Shown here: piece after piece, positions 20,888 through 34,141 of the stretch | Position numbering within the stretch: position 1 is the first letter of the stretch | Layout: each line of letters starts with the position of its first letter | DNA from: Naegleria gruberi | Taxonomy: Eukaryota | Strand: one strand, 5' to 3' | Assembly (NCBI GenBank): GCA_000004985.1 | Contig: GG738849.1 | DNA length: 64,000 bases | The notes under the pieces: generated by a model | Database searches by the model: none | Told to the model about the DNA's origin: nothing | Seen by the model: only the letters and a program-made list of their open reading frames with translations | Made by a program: the position numbers and the translations under genes

Positions 20888-23847
20888 ATGCTAACGAAAC
20901 TAAAGAACTCTTTCAGAAAGAAGGGAGCATCCAATTCTACTGAAGAATCGTCTTCCTCCTCTGAAAACATTGGTAATCAGTCCATTACTAGATCATTTCA
21001 CAATTTAATTCAAGACAAAACAGAAAAAACTCAAGAAGTGAAAGAAACTAAACAACGAAGAGAAAGTGAAGGATATCTATTGTTACATTTGATAGGAGCA
21101 AGTAATTTACCATCGGCTGATGCTAACGGATTGTCAGGTATGTTGTGATGAAAAAAATTGATGAATTTTAATTGATGATGAAAATTTGATGGATGACATT
21201 TAGATCCATTCTGTAGTATCAAGATTAAAAACACAGGTCTCAGTGAATCAGAGGAACAATATCAAAAAACTGAAGTAATTAAGAAAGAATTGAATCCACA
21301 TTGGAATTCATTCTTTTTCTTTGATGTGATTGAATTTAATGGAACTTTTGTAGAGTTTGAGGTTTATGATTATGATAGACTTTCAAAGAATGAGTAGGTT
21401 TTTATTTACTTTGGTTGAATTTTCTAATTTTGGAAATTTTACAAAACAATTTAAATAATTTAAAATATTTAAAAATATAAATTTAAAACAACAAGTTTAT
21501 TGGGAGGATGTGCATTTAATATTAAACTATTAACACCATGTGTTCAAACAGAATTATCTATTGGATTAGATACTAAAGGAACAGTTGACTGTAACATGAT
21601 GTACATTCCACAAACAACTTTTGGTTTCTTGATGAAGAAATGTATTGAAACAAAGAACATGTACATTGATAGGGATTTCCCTGCCACCACTACATCCATT
21701 TGTCATAATGAAACCTTTTTATCAAGTAAGGGAATTGACCCTTCTTCCATTAGTAAGTTTTTCACACATACACACACTTTAAAATTCTTAAAATTCTTCA
21801 TAATTTCAAACGCACAGATTGGATGAGACCTAAAGAATTCTGTAAAGGATCTCTGAGACCAGAACTTTTCCTAGCAGGTGTTGAACCAGCAGATATCAGA
21901 CAAGGTAAAATTGGTGATTGTTACTTTTTGGGAGCTATTGCAGTTGCAGCATTGCATCCAAAATTAATCAAATCCTTGTTTATTCCATCTGCCTATAATG
22001 AATATGGTATCTATCAGATTAAAATGTTTTATAATGGTATTTGGCAAGAGGTCATTATTGATGATTATGTTCCAGTGGTTGTCTCTTCAAAGATTGAACA
22101 AAAATCAAGAAGTAATTATGCACCACTTTTTGTAAGATCAACTGATTTGGAAGAATTATGGGTAATTTTATTGGAAAAGGCATATGCTAAATTACATGGA
22201 TCATATGAAGATATTGAAGGTGCTCATTCAATTCGTGAAGCATTTGAACATTTAACTGGTGGTTGGTCAGATGCTATCGAATTAGCTCCATACATGAACG
22301 GTAAAAAATCAAATACTGACCTATTTAATAACATGTTGGAATGGAAAAAGAATAGACATTTGATGGCAACTTCAACTGCTAGTGATAATGATTTTGATTT
22401 TGAGAATTATCTTGTTCCTAATGATAATGGTATAGTTCCAAAACATGCCTATTCAATTCTAGATGTTCGTTATGTTTCAAAAGAGGAAAGTCCTGAAAAT
22501 ATTCCATATCAACTTGTCAAATTGAGAAATACATGGGGTAAAACTGAGTGGAAAGGTAAATTCGCTGATGATTGGGAAGGATGGACTGATGCATTGGCTA
22601 AAAAACTCAATCAGGTTAATAGTGATGATGGTTCTTTCTGGATGAGCATTGATGATTACGTTGAACAATTTAATTACTTGTACATTTGTCGTGTTCCAAT
22701 CACTGATGGATTTATTAGAGAAATTTCAGCAATTCCAGTTGATTTGGATATTAAAAAGATGATTAAGGAAAGAGCTAGTAATGCACACATTATTTTCGAT
22801 AAGAGAGGAGGAGCATGTGAGTGGAATCAAGAACTTTATCAAAATGCAGGTGGACAAATTTATTTCAAGGAGAGTTTCTTCCAAAACCCACAATTTAGAT
22901 TGACCATTGATTTACCACCATCTTTAGCGAATCAAGATGATACAGCAAGTATTTCAGATTTTAAATCAAACATGATTCGTATCATTGTTTCTATTCGTAT
23001 AGTTGACGATGAAAAGACAAAGGATGCCAAACGAAAGAAACAAACCAAACCAAATCCTCTAGGTCTATACGTTTTCAGAAATAGAAAGGCACAAAAATCT
23101 GGCAAGTATGCCTTAATGGACTTTCCAGATAATGCAGCTGATAGAGTTGGAGAAACCAACATGAAGAAATTGAGTCGTGATGCTGTGGAAATTTATCTCC
23201 CAAGACCAAATCCAAAGAAATACGAACAGGAGAAACAAGAAGGATTGCACGATTATACCATTGTGGCAAGTCGTTGGTATCCTAATACAGAAGGTTCATT
23301 TGCTATTCAAGTTTGTTCAGATTACAAACATTTACAGTTTGAGGCAATTGATGGATCTCAATCAGCAGCTGCATTTTGTAAAAAGGTTATTAAGAGTGAG
23401 TGGAATGGAGTGGACTCATGTGGAGCTCATTGGCAAACATCAACCTTTTCTACCAATCCAAAATTCCTTATTCAATGTAAGGAAATTCCTAACCACCCAC
23501 AAGGTAGTGAAGATTCTCAATTTATTAGAAATGCTGTGAATATTTATGTGGAATCTGAGAATGGAAAGATACCATTCTTTCCCTATGTAGTTTCATTGGT
23601 CAAGTTTAAAAAGTGGATGCAACAATCTGTACTGCAACCAATCACTGAAGATCAATGTGTTCTATTTCCACCTAATGGAAATGAGTTCTTTACCATTCGT
23701 CATTCTTTTGATTGTGAGTTGGCCTGCAGAAGAGATAAACCAGTTTCATACTTGCTCATCTTGGGAACACCTTACAAGATGGCTGGAAAATTTACAATTG
23801 TTGTTAAGGCTGAACAAGAAATTACTATTGAACAAGTTTCACTCTAA
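20888..23847 (+). CDS. Calpain (CysPc protease core plus a domain-III-like region) with an N-terminal C2 domain, in four exons
   Basis: Exon 1 is 20888..21137 (donor GTATGT). Exon 2 is 21203..21393, with the C2 motif '...SDPFCSIKIKNTG...' split across the first junction (donor GTAGGT). Exon 3 is 21495..21725 (donor GTAAGG). Exon 4 is 21818..23847. Reading across the junctions gives '...NETFLSNWMRPKEFC' and the active site 'QGKIGDCYFLGAIA'. Confidence 0.7.
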
Positions 23848-24039
23848 TACAATAATTTATTAATTTACAATTAAAAAAAAATGTTAATGATTAGTACAAT
23901 AGTTTGGATTTTCAGTTGGAATTTGATTTTTTATTCCTTACTGGATACTTTCTTTGTGTAGGATTGTTGCCCTCGATAATATAAGTGGAATAGTAAAAAA
24001 AGATTAGATAAGCTAATTGGAAAATATTATAAAATCCAT

Positions 24040-27000
24040 TTATAAGAAATCAAGAGTTTCTTCTGTTGTGTGATGAGTGTGAGAATGAGAGGAATGATGG
24101 TTACGAGAGTGATCCATGAGGGAACCAACAATTTCATCATCCTTACTCATGTATGAACTGAAACGGAGATGACTCAAGAGGGCATCCTTCAATTGATTAA
24201 TGTTTTGTTCTTCAAGATTGGCGCTCTTTTCCTCCTTTTCTTCCTTTTCACCACTTTCTGCCTTCTCTAAAGTGTATGATCTCAGAGTTGGGAAGAAGGT
24301 AATATATTGCTTTTGAGCCAACTCGGCAACATATTGCTCAATACCTGTATATTCATCTTTTGGTTTCTTTTCGAGATAGATTAAAAAGTAAACATAATTC
24401 CACATGTTGTGTTCCTTCTTAATGTGTCCTTCAAAGGTAATACCTTCATTGGCACGAACGTCGAATCTGGACTTTTCATTAGAACATATAAAGCAGAAAC
24501 CTGACTTTTCCTCATCCAATTCTTGTTTCTCTTCTCTTCTTTCACTGAAACTTTCAAGCACAATACCGAAAACAACATTGACCAAAATAATGATAATCAA
24601 GAGTGAAAAGTACAAATCAATAAAGATACGGGTGACATCAAGTGGGTATGGATCAGTAATATCTTCCCAGAAACCACCTCCACGAAGACCATAATTGACA
24701 ATGGACATGAAGCATGTTAATGTTTCCTTACAAACAATAACCTTGTTGAAAACAAACTGATCATACTTGAAGGAAAACATGAGGAAGGTGTGAACAATCA
24801 TGGCAAATGCAGTCAAGACACCAGTGTAGAATAACTTTTCATAATTTTGACCAATGGCAACAATAATATCCAATAAACCATCAGGAGATAAGAAGATTAT
24901 TTCAAATGTCAATATAATATATGCCAAAGGTGTTACAAATATACCAATCAAAATCATGCAGAAATAGATTAAAATCCACCACAAGTAAGGATCTTGAGCA
25001 GTGTACAGGGCAAACTTTCTGAAAAATTCACGATCCTTATGCAATGTATCCCACGATTGATCCTTCTCCAGTTTGAATTTCTTCTTAATGTTCAACATTA
25101 GGAAGAAGTACAAGTGTATTCCCAATAATCCAAAGGTTAACAATAATAGTATGAGACCCAATATTTCAACCACAATACCAATAGGCATATAATTAAAACT
25201 ATTTCTATACTGTATGCCATCTGGTAGGGCAATACCTGGAACAACTACTGGACCAGAAATTGAATCAAACTGTTTAGTATATGTAGCAGTGACCAGAATA
25301 TTAATGAGTACTGCAATCAAAAACACTCCAACCTTAATCTTGTACCAATTCTTTTCTATAAATTTCCATCCTCTTGCTTTCAAACTATTTGGATTGTCCA
25401 TAAGACTCTTCAAGTGCATCATTTCAATTCTTGCAATTTGATAAGTCCAATCAAAGAGGGATTTCACCTTGGTTTGTGGAGATTCTCTGTTACAGCTTTC
25501 AACAAACTCATCCTTGGTAGATTCTTGTAAATGTCTACATTGTTTGATGATTTTAAAGTGAACGATTTCTAATTGGTTATCTCTAATGACTTCTATGGTA
25601 CCAACTCTTGATTCATAGTAATTGAGCCATGCCTTTTCTCCTTCATCCATTTGACTAATAGTCTTGTCTTCCGAGTCAAGATAGTCTGGAGTAATTTCAT
25701 TGAAATCAAAGTCCAAATATTTAAGGAGAATGAAAATAGAAATACCAATGTTTTGGGATTTCTTGATGCAAGTACGAACATCAGCAGGATTAGGCGTTTC
25801 TGTCTTGTTTTCAAAAGCAAGTATTTTCTTGATTTTTTCCTTATATTCTGAATGACCGTCTGTGAATAAAATCATGAGTTTGCATAATGACTTGAAATCT
25901 AGGGACTTTTTGATATGATTCTTTGAAATTTTGTTACCACCTTCTAACATACTGGTAAGAAGAATGATAATCTTTTCAATCAGCTCTAGTTCATCCTCAA
26001 CCTTCAAGTGATCAACAAATTCACCTTCCAAATCGTCATCTGGGAAGTCCATATCCTTATCTTCTGGATCAAGAGATTTTCTACCCAAAATTTCATTAAT
26101 GACAGTCATTAATCTGGTTGAGGAGGCAAGTTCAATAGATGTTTCAATACAAGGACCTTGAATCATTTCATTGAGAGTATCGAATGCTTGAATAAAGTTT
26201 TCAGCACTGTCTTCGCTCAAATACTTGAACAAACCCAAAACATAGTCAATACATTCGGAAACTAGATTTACGGAAATCTTATTGAAAGGTTGATTGTAGA
26301 GCATTTGTTGATTTGGCAAGTAGTGACCTTCACACAACAACTTTAAAAAGAGCAAGACATCCTTTGCATTGGTTGTATCATGTTGAGCATCTTGGGAATT
26401 ATTTCTCTTTCTTATAGAGAAGTATTCCTTAACTTCGTAGGTTGATTGTCTGAGACGGTTCTTCATGGCCATAAAGAATGACTCATAATTGCCACTTCTG
26501 ACAATAGTACCAACAACCTTTCTGGTTTCAACTGAGGTCAACATTTCATGAGAGAGTTTGAGAGCTGGAACAACAATTTCATAATCCGCTGTCAAAAGTT
26601 GCAAGACCAATTCTGGTATTCCATTTTCAACAGAAAATTCTGGCTTTTGATCTTTGATAGCATACTTGATGGTTTCAATAGCTCCAATAAAGGTCTCAAC
26701 TAAATCTTTGGTAATACCAATGGACATGATTCTTTGTAAAACCCCAATTAGTGTCTTGAATTGACCTTCATAGGCGTTAACAAACAATTTGGCCAGATCT
26801 GAGAAGATTGATTCTGCACTTTGAGCTTGAATTGATTCAATGAAAAGCTTGAAACGTTTGGCTACTTCGTTACCAACATCAACTGTGAGTGCCTTGTTTT
26901 GAATGGCTTGTGGTGGAACAATCTTGACAAGGGCATTTCTCTTTACTTGCAAGAACTTGACCTCCAATTCGTGGGAAATTCTTGTACGTTGGTGAATTTC

Positions 27001-30000
27001 ATAAAAGCACTTATCAATATCCTTTCTATAGTTTTCATTAGCAGTATATTTGTACAATTCTATGAGGTTGGTCAAAATTTCTTCAATAATTTGCAATGTA
27101 TCACTCTCGTTGGACTCTTTTGCATTGGAGAGAGTTTCTTTGGAATAATAATTAATAAAGTAATTAGTCAGGAGTGGAATAATAATTGAATAAATGTACT
27201 TTTCACTGACATAGTACTCGGCACTAATATCATCATTGTCATCCTGAGGAAGATCATTTCTGAGTGGAGGTAATTGATACGTGACATCTCTTTCTAATTT
27301 ACAAATATTTCTACCCTTGCAGTCAATATAATATTTAATTTCTTCCTTGATTCTCTTGAAGAGACGCCAAATAGTAGTATTGGCAATAACGTCATTGGAT
27401 TTCTTCTCTGTATTAATGTATAATTCGTTGAGCAAGCTCATGAGAGGATCTCTTACTAGAGGAATCAACTTTTCAGATAATAAAGAAATACAATCATCAA
27501 ATGACAAGATGGATTGAATTTTGACTTCTGCCTCCTTTACGGTACCCAAGGTACAATCACTGAGTAAGTATAACATGTTAATGTGATAGTTCAAAAGAGA
27601 ACCTGAAACTTTGTATTCCTTGTTGAGAATTCTTTGTCTTCTCTCCTCTATACCAACATCATCGTTGAAGAGAACAATGATATCTTTTCTTTCTGTTGAA
27701 AGGTAGATGGCAATAATATCTTGGTTTCTTTGTAAATTGGAAGTACCAATTCTCGTTAAAACTCTTAAAAAGTTTAAATGCCAAGACTTTTTACCCAACT
27801 CTCCAATCTTGTCAATATATTTGTGGATAAGTTTTTCGTCCAAGTTGATGAGGAGTTGCTTATTATCTCTCACAATTTCACATAACAATTCACTGGTATC
27901 TAATTTATCGGAGAAGATACCAATCAAAAAGGCAATGTGAGAGAAGAGCTCTGATTGATTTTCAGTATTACTTCTAACAAATTCTGTCAGCACTAAAACC
28001 GCTTTTTGATAAATATTACTCTTGATGTTTTCTGGGTAAATTTTAGTGAGGCAGAGAATCATGAGTTCGTGAATTTGCAAATTTCTCAGAATGCTTTGAG
28101 CACTATGGCCATACTTTTTCACGTCGGCAAGAATTCCCTTGATGGTATTCTTGAATTCCTTATATTCTTTAGAATCTCTACCACCAGAGAAAGTGGCATT
28201 ATTGACCAGATTGTTCAACTTGTTATAATAATTGAAAATAGTTTCATAGGATTGGACTAACTTTGGTGTGGTCAATAAAACTAATCTTTCCAAGTTATTC
28301 TTCAATTCAATATCTTGCATGGATGAACGAAGTAAAATCTTGAGAGCCTTGATTGGAAGTTCATTATTTTGATACTTGAGTAAGAAGAGCATTGTTGGAA
28401 TGAATTTTAAAGGAGGAAGACTTGAATTGCTATGAGTATAATCTGTCTTATCAAATTGGAAGAATGAAATATTCTTAATCTTCATCGCTAAAGTATCCAT
28501 CATTCTGGTGTTATTGTCGTCAGACTTGGCTTTGAAAAAGTCAAGAATCAAACTAATACGATAGTCAATACGCATATCAATAACATAGAGTAGAATGTCA
28601 CAAATTCTATTCTTAATCTTGATAATTAGACGATTGTTTTCCGAATCTACAAAGTTCAACTCTTCGTTGGCATCAGTTGTGGCCTTTAGGGTTGCCAATA
28701 ATAAGTGAATAATGTTGGAAATTTCTTCCTGATCAGTGGTATAACTTTCGTCCAACTTTTTGTGTTCCAAATCATCACCATATGGATTGTAAGCTCTGTA
28801 CAAGAAGAGTTTGTGGCAAATCTTAACTAATTGATAGCTAAACCATTGATCTTGGTTGGTAGTGAGTTTTCTATTGGCAGAAACGAAAAAGTGTTTGTAA
28901 ATAAAGTCCTTCAGTCTCTTATGTTGATATCTGTAATCTTCAAAGGTAGTAGTGGTTCTAAGTGTACTGTTACTGTTTGTCCACTTTCTAGTAAGTTTAA
29001 TTGCAGGTACTTGTTCAATACCAACAGCATCAACATACAAATATTCCATCAAATTGGAAAAAGCAGAACGAATACTCAGAGGAGCAGTTGCATCTTCAAT
29101 ACATTTCAATACCAAATCGTATGGGAAAATTCTTTGAACAAAGGGAATAGCCATTGTATTCTTACCAGAACACAATGAGGCGAAAAATCTGATTGAGCTT
29201 ATCATAAATTCGAAATATTCAGTCTCACAAAAGTGTTTAAGTGATTTGGTTTCACCTGTTGAAGGGATATCCACAATAGGTTTCCCCTCCTCAATTCTTG
29301 GTACAATGAAAAGTCTTGGATGTTTTTGGATGGCATCAGATAAAAGTTCTACCAATCTGTTTTGATTCTTTTGGATTGGTCTTTCCTCACATTTACATAA
29401 AATTGTCAAAAGTTTGAGGTAGAGATCCTTCTTTCTGGTATTTTCAACTAAAAGATTGAAAAATCCCTCAATTTGACTCGATGAAATACTGTCCAATAGC
29501 TCCATATTATCCTTAATCATACCAATCAAAAGTTCTGTATTGGTCTGACCAATAGAGTTGGCAAAATCTTTGGAAGAGTTTAGGACAACTTCTGAAGATT
29601 CTCCCAAGATGTGATTTTGTAATTCGTGGAAATACTTTTCAAAGACGTATAAACTGTTTGGTACGTGAAGAAGTGTAATTTGTCTGATAGATCTGAAACT
29701 ATATTGATAAAGTTGATCCCATTTGTCATCCTTGCCAAATATTTCACCAGAATCCTTGATAACTTGCATAATAGTGTCAATGAGACCAATATCTCTGAAT
29801 GCAGATTGCCTCTCAGGATATGGAATACCTTCTCTTTTCATTACATCTTGTTGAGTACTTTCAGTACAAAATCTGATAATGTGACGTAACATTTCTAAAA
29901 CAGATTCAATGTCAACACGTTGTGGTTGTTGAATGGATGTTTCCTTTTTCATCTTTCTAAAGTTACTCACAATTCTAAAAATTTGATAAACAATAGTAAA

Positions 30001-31814
30001 GTCCTTCAATTCCTTCTCTGAAGCTAAAAAGATAGAAAAAACATCTGTTTCCTTTTTTCTATAATCAAAAGTCAAATCTATAAACATGGTATTATCATTT
30101 ACATTGAACATTTGTGGAGCAAGAGAGCTACGTCTATTTGATACAGAGTCTTTTCTGAAAAGACTTCCACGACCACTTCCAGTATTATTCGAATCATTCT
30201 TTGAAGATCTTTCTGCTGCGTGAAGCCATGTGTCAGTTCTCAAGTGACGAATTCTGACAAGATTTTTTCTTTCAACAGGTTGACCATATCCAACGGCCTC
30301 TGATGCACCAACTTCAGGTGAGTGCAATGTGAAGAGAGTATCGTCGTTGGCCTCTTTGATTAGACCAGGTCTAAGAACTTGTTTTAAGGTTTTCTTAATT
30401 TTCAACCAACCACGTGCTGTTTGAGAACCATCATTAGCATCTGAAACTTCAGTCTTTTGAATACATAGATATTGTCCTGAAGGCAAGTGTTTTAACCTGA
30501 AAGGCACACTATATCTGACGAAACCGCCTTTGAATTTATCCACATTTTCAATCTCGAATAAAGCGTTCACAGATGAGAGAGCATATTTCTCAGTAAATAA
30601 TTTTACAAACTCCTTTTGTTGGAATAAATACCCTTCAGCATCCTTGTGAAACAATCTGATAACATCTCCAGTTTTTAAATAAGCCTTTGCTGAATAGACT
30701 GAATAGGGTGTATACAGATTAATTCTCCAAACATTTGATGAATTAGATGCTGTAGCATTCACTTCATTTCTATTATCTCTATTCACTAAAGGTTTGTTAT
30801 AAACCACTTGTGAAAAGTGGAGAGTATGTTTTGATTTTTCATTGAATAGAACAATCTTATCGGACAATCTTACAGGTTCATTCTCTTGTCTAAATTTGAA
30901 ATGTGGCATAATTTGAAAGAATGTTCTACTTCCACTAGTTGCCAATGAAATTGCAATACAAGCCTTTTCTAATTCTGCATTGGTACGAAGAACTGTTAAA
31001 TATTCTTGTGATTGTACGTGTAATAATTGAATTCTAGCACCGTATGATACTACTTTTCCGAGAGCCTATAATGTATTCCGACAAATCATAGAATGTTATA
31101 TCAAATATGAAATCCAAAAAAAAATTATTTATCCAATTAATCAAATAATTAATAGAATGAACATTTTTTTTCAATTGTTTTTTTAAAAATTATTAATTTG
31201 TGTAACATTCTACTAATACATACCTTTTGGGCTTCTATTATATTTTGTTGTTCTTCTCTTTCCATTTTGATTTTCAACTTTTTAGATTCTACACTCTTCT
31301 CTGGATGTTTATTCGAGTTGATCATTGAGAGAATATTCTTTCCGTACTTCATGGATGTTCTTCTGGAGGCAAATAGAGCCTCTCCCAAGGCACTTGTTGA
31401 AGACATCTTGTTATCCACAAATTCATTATATCTTTTGAGAGCCGAATAGGAACCTCCCTTCATGACTACGAATAAACTTTCCTTTGAACTTGCTGATTGA
31501 CTATCAATTTCTGATGATGAAGTGAATGGAGTTGCTCCACATCGAATTGGATTTAATCCTCTAATTGAAAGATAGGATTTTTCATCTTCGTATACTAGAG
31601 AAATAACATCTCCATATCGAAGGAATAAATTTTGATTAGAATTTGATGAGGATGATGTAATAGATGACGAAACGATGGCAATTGATGAATTACTAGAATT
31701 TGTTGTTGTTGTATTGGAATTGTTGGAGAGGAGAAGAGACTGCTGATTGCTAGAGTTGGCTGCCTGCAATGCCACAGACATCAACATTGAATTGTTCGCT
31801 GAAAGTGCAGACAT
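24040..31814 (-). CDS. ITPR: Inositol 1,4,5-trisphosphate receptor-like Ca2+ release channel of about 2540 aa, in two exons
   Basis: Exon 1 (31814 down to about 31225) carries an N-terminal suppressor or MIR-like segment, 'FLRYGDVISLVYEDEKSYLSIRGLNPIRC'. The intron is GTATGT...TTATAG, about 155 nt long. Exon 2 (31068..24040) continues 'ALGKVVSYGARIQLLHVQSQEYLTVLRTN', which is like human [29 protein letters not shown]. The C-terminus has the selectivity filter 'GLRGGGFWED', 'CFICS', and 'TFEGHIKKEHNMWNYVYFLIYL...EYTGIEQYVAE', which is nearly identical to vertebrate IP3R. Confidence 0.85.
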
Positions 31815-31972
31815 TTTTTGTTTTGATGGGTGACTTTCAGTTCATCACTGAAATTAGCACAATCCACAATCAACATACAACGAATCTAATATTCCGATTC
31901 TCTTCAAAACGAGCTCATTGAGATAGTGGATAAATATTTGTGAATAACAATGTACCCTGATGTTTATATATA

Positions 31973-34141
31973 CTATTGATCCAGATCCACATTCATATTC
32001 AATTGGGAGAAGGACTTTTTAAGTGAAATAGTAGATCCAAAATAACGTAAAATACCAGTATCACACTCTTGTATGTGCATTGGCAAGTTTTCTCCAACAT
32101 GTCTCTTATTGGCCTGAATGAAAAACTTGGCCCTTCTTGACCAGTCGTGAATTAATGATTTCAAAATATTCTGTTCAATATCGTAGAGAGTATTGTAATC
32201 CATATTGGAGGTTGTGGAATATTGTTGGACGTGTGTAAAAATTGTTTGGAAAAAGAGTTTTTCAATTTCCTTGCCTAGAGTTGTTTCCTTATATTCTTGC
32301 TCGGTATGAATTGATATCTCCTCGATATCATTCGACGAATATCCCTCAATATCAAGTAGAATGACAAATCTAAAATCAACACTATCCTCAGTGATTTGAA
32401 CATGTTTAGGTACTGTGAGAAAATTGGCATCATATGGGAACACATAGGATTCACTGTCTTGAACCATTTTGGCACATTCCTTTGGAACGATGGTTGTGAA
32501 GAGCCGGCAAATCTCATTCCTCATTTGAACATTGTCACTCCTAACTATTAATTGGTTCCCTATGAGAACATTATAGATGAGTGATTTGATCATTTCCTCA
32601 CTTTGAGTGTAAGACTCTTCATTTGCATCATCAGTATCAGCAAGCTCGATACCAATAAATAAATTTCTCTCCAGTAAAACCTTATTGAAAAGGCTCTTTT
32701 TAACCATTTTTGAAAAATCTGACAACAAGTTAAAACAGCCATTTGCTGGTGTGGATGGTGAATCACTTTCATTCGAGGTAATGCTAGAATTACTAATAAA
32801 TGACCTAATCCTTGGCATTTCACAAGATGGAATCGAATAATTATTGTACATGTCTAATTTTTGATAATTTGAATTATCCAATTCAATTTCAGATAATTTG
32901 CTGTAAAATGATTGTAATAATCCAGAAAAGCAATTGTGTAAATCCGAATAAAAATCTGGATAATTCAATAAAAGAGGTAAATCTCTCATAGGACCTTTGG
33001 AACGTTTTTGTCTGAATACATCTGCTGAGAGTGGACCTCCAGAATGGAAAAATCTATAACCATGATCCTCAGCATTAGTACCATCCTCATTGAGAGCATT
33101 AGAGGAACCTGATCGCTTTTGTTTTTCCTTCTCCTCTAAAAATATTTGTTGAGAACGAGCTCGAATAAGCTTGACAATTCTACCCATACCACTATTGAGG
33201 AAGGGCCAACTAATTGTAAGCATTGAAAGAGAAGTATCCATTAATACTATGGCAAACCATCTGGCAAACCCTCTTGCCATACTATCCTTAACTTTGAAAA
33301 TATAGGCAAAATTGTATCCATTAATTTCATCACCAAATAGAACTGGGCCCTCTCTTCCTTGACCCACTGAAATTTCTGCTGATGTGCTACGAATGGCTAA
33401 AGTTTTAAAGTGAGCTGAAAATTTTGAACTTTCTTGATGTGAACTCACAAAAATTTGCTCATTATCTCGATCTATTGTTAATTGCTCAATTGAGGATAAC
33501 ATTAATAATTGATTAAAATGGTCATTTTCCTCCTGTTGATTTGAGTTGTGTTCTTTTCCGAACAAGTTAGGATAGTATTTTTTGAGATGCAACATTAAAT
33601 CTTTAGAGGCAAGGGACGAAATTGTTTGAGGATGATCTAGATTTTCCAAATTAGTGATATCCAAATTATTGGTAGAAGATGAGTTGCTATTTGATTCTTG
33701 TAATGGTGTTGTTGAAGTGATTTCACTACCGTTTGGTGTTGGACTAGTTGTGGAAGAAGGAGGAGAACTTGTTGAGGTGGATGATGTTTTGTGTTGTTCT
33801 GTAACTTGGTGACGATGGTGATGTTGATGATGACTCACTATTTGAGTTGTCTTGTGTTGTTCAAGGACGAATTTCTCTAAATGTGAAATATCATGAATAT
33901 TATTAATCATTTGAGTGCAATAGACAAATGAAGGTCCTTTTTGTTCACAAAACTGGGCTAACACAATAGCATGCTTGTTGTATATATTCACTGTATTGGA
34001 ATTGGCACCACTATTTGCATTATTCATGATGGAAGATAATTTACTGGAAGGATTAACTCTCATACTTTTCGAAATGTTTCTCTGCTTTGGTGAAATATCC
34101 ATTATTTCCGAAGTATGTCTCGTCATTACTCTCTGAAACAT
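31973..34141 (-). CDS. FLCN: Folliculin (FLCN/BHD) homologue, longin plus DENN-like
   Basis: 'HAIVLAQFCEQKGPSFVYCTQ' matches human [23 protein letters not shown]. 'GQGREGPVLFGDEINGYNFAYIFKVKDSMARGFARWFAIVLMD...SWPFL' matches [45 protein letters not shown]...SWPFL. Confidence 0.75.
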   Translation of the reverse strand: MFQRVMTRHTSEIMDISPKQRNISKSMRVNPSSKLSSIMNNANSGANSNTVNIYNKHAIVLAQFCEQKGPSFVYCTQMINNIHDISHLEKFVLEQHKTTQIVSHHQHHHRHQVTEQHKTSSTSTSSPPSSTTSPTPNGSEITSTTPLQESNSNSSSTNNLDITNLENLDHPQTISSLASKDLMLHLKKYYPNLFGKEHNSNQQEENDHFNQLLMLSSIEQLTIDRDNEQIFVSSHQESSKFSAHFKTLAIRSTSAEISVGQGREGPVLFGDEINGYNFAYIFKVKDSMARGFARWFAIVLMDTSLSMLTISWPFLNSGMGRIVKLIRARSQQIFLEEKEKQKRSGSSNALNEDGTNAEDHGYRFFHSGGPLSADVFRQKRSKGPMRDLPLLLNYPDFYSDLHNCFSGLLQSFYSKLSEIELDNSNYQKLDMYNNYSIPSCEMPRIRSFISNSSITSNESDSPSTPANGCFNLLSDFSKMVKKSLFNKVLLERNLFIGIELADTDDANEESYTQSEEMIKSLIYNVLIGNQLIVRSDNVQMRNEICRLFTTIVPKECAKMVQDSESYVFPYDANFLTVPKHVQITEDSVDFRFVILLDIEGYSSNDIEEISIHTEQEYKETTLGKEIEKLFFQTIFTHVQQYSTTSNMDYNTLYDIEQNILKSLIHDWSRRAKFFIQANKRHVGENLPMHIQECDTGILRYFGSTISLKKSFSQLNMNVDLDQ

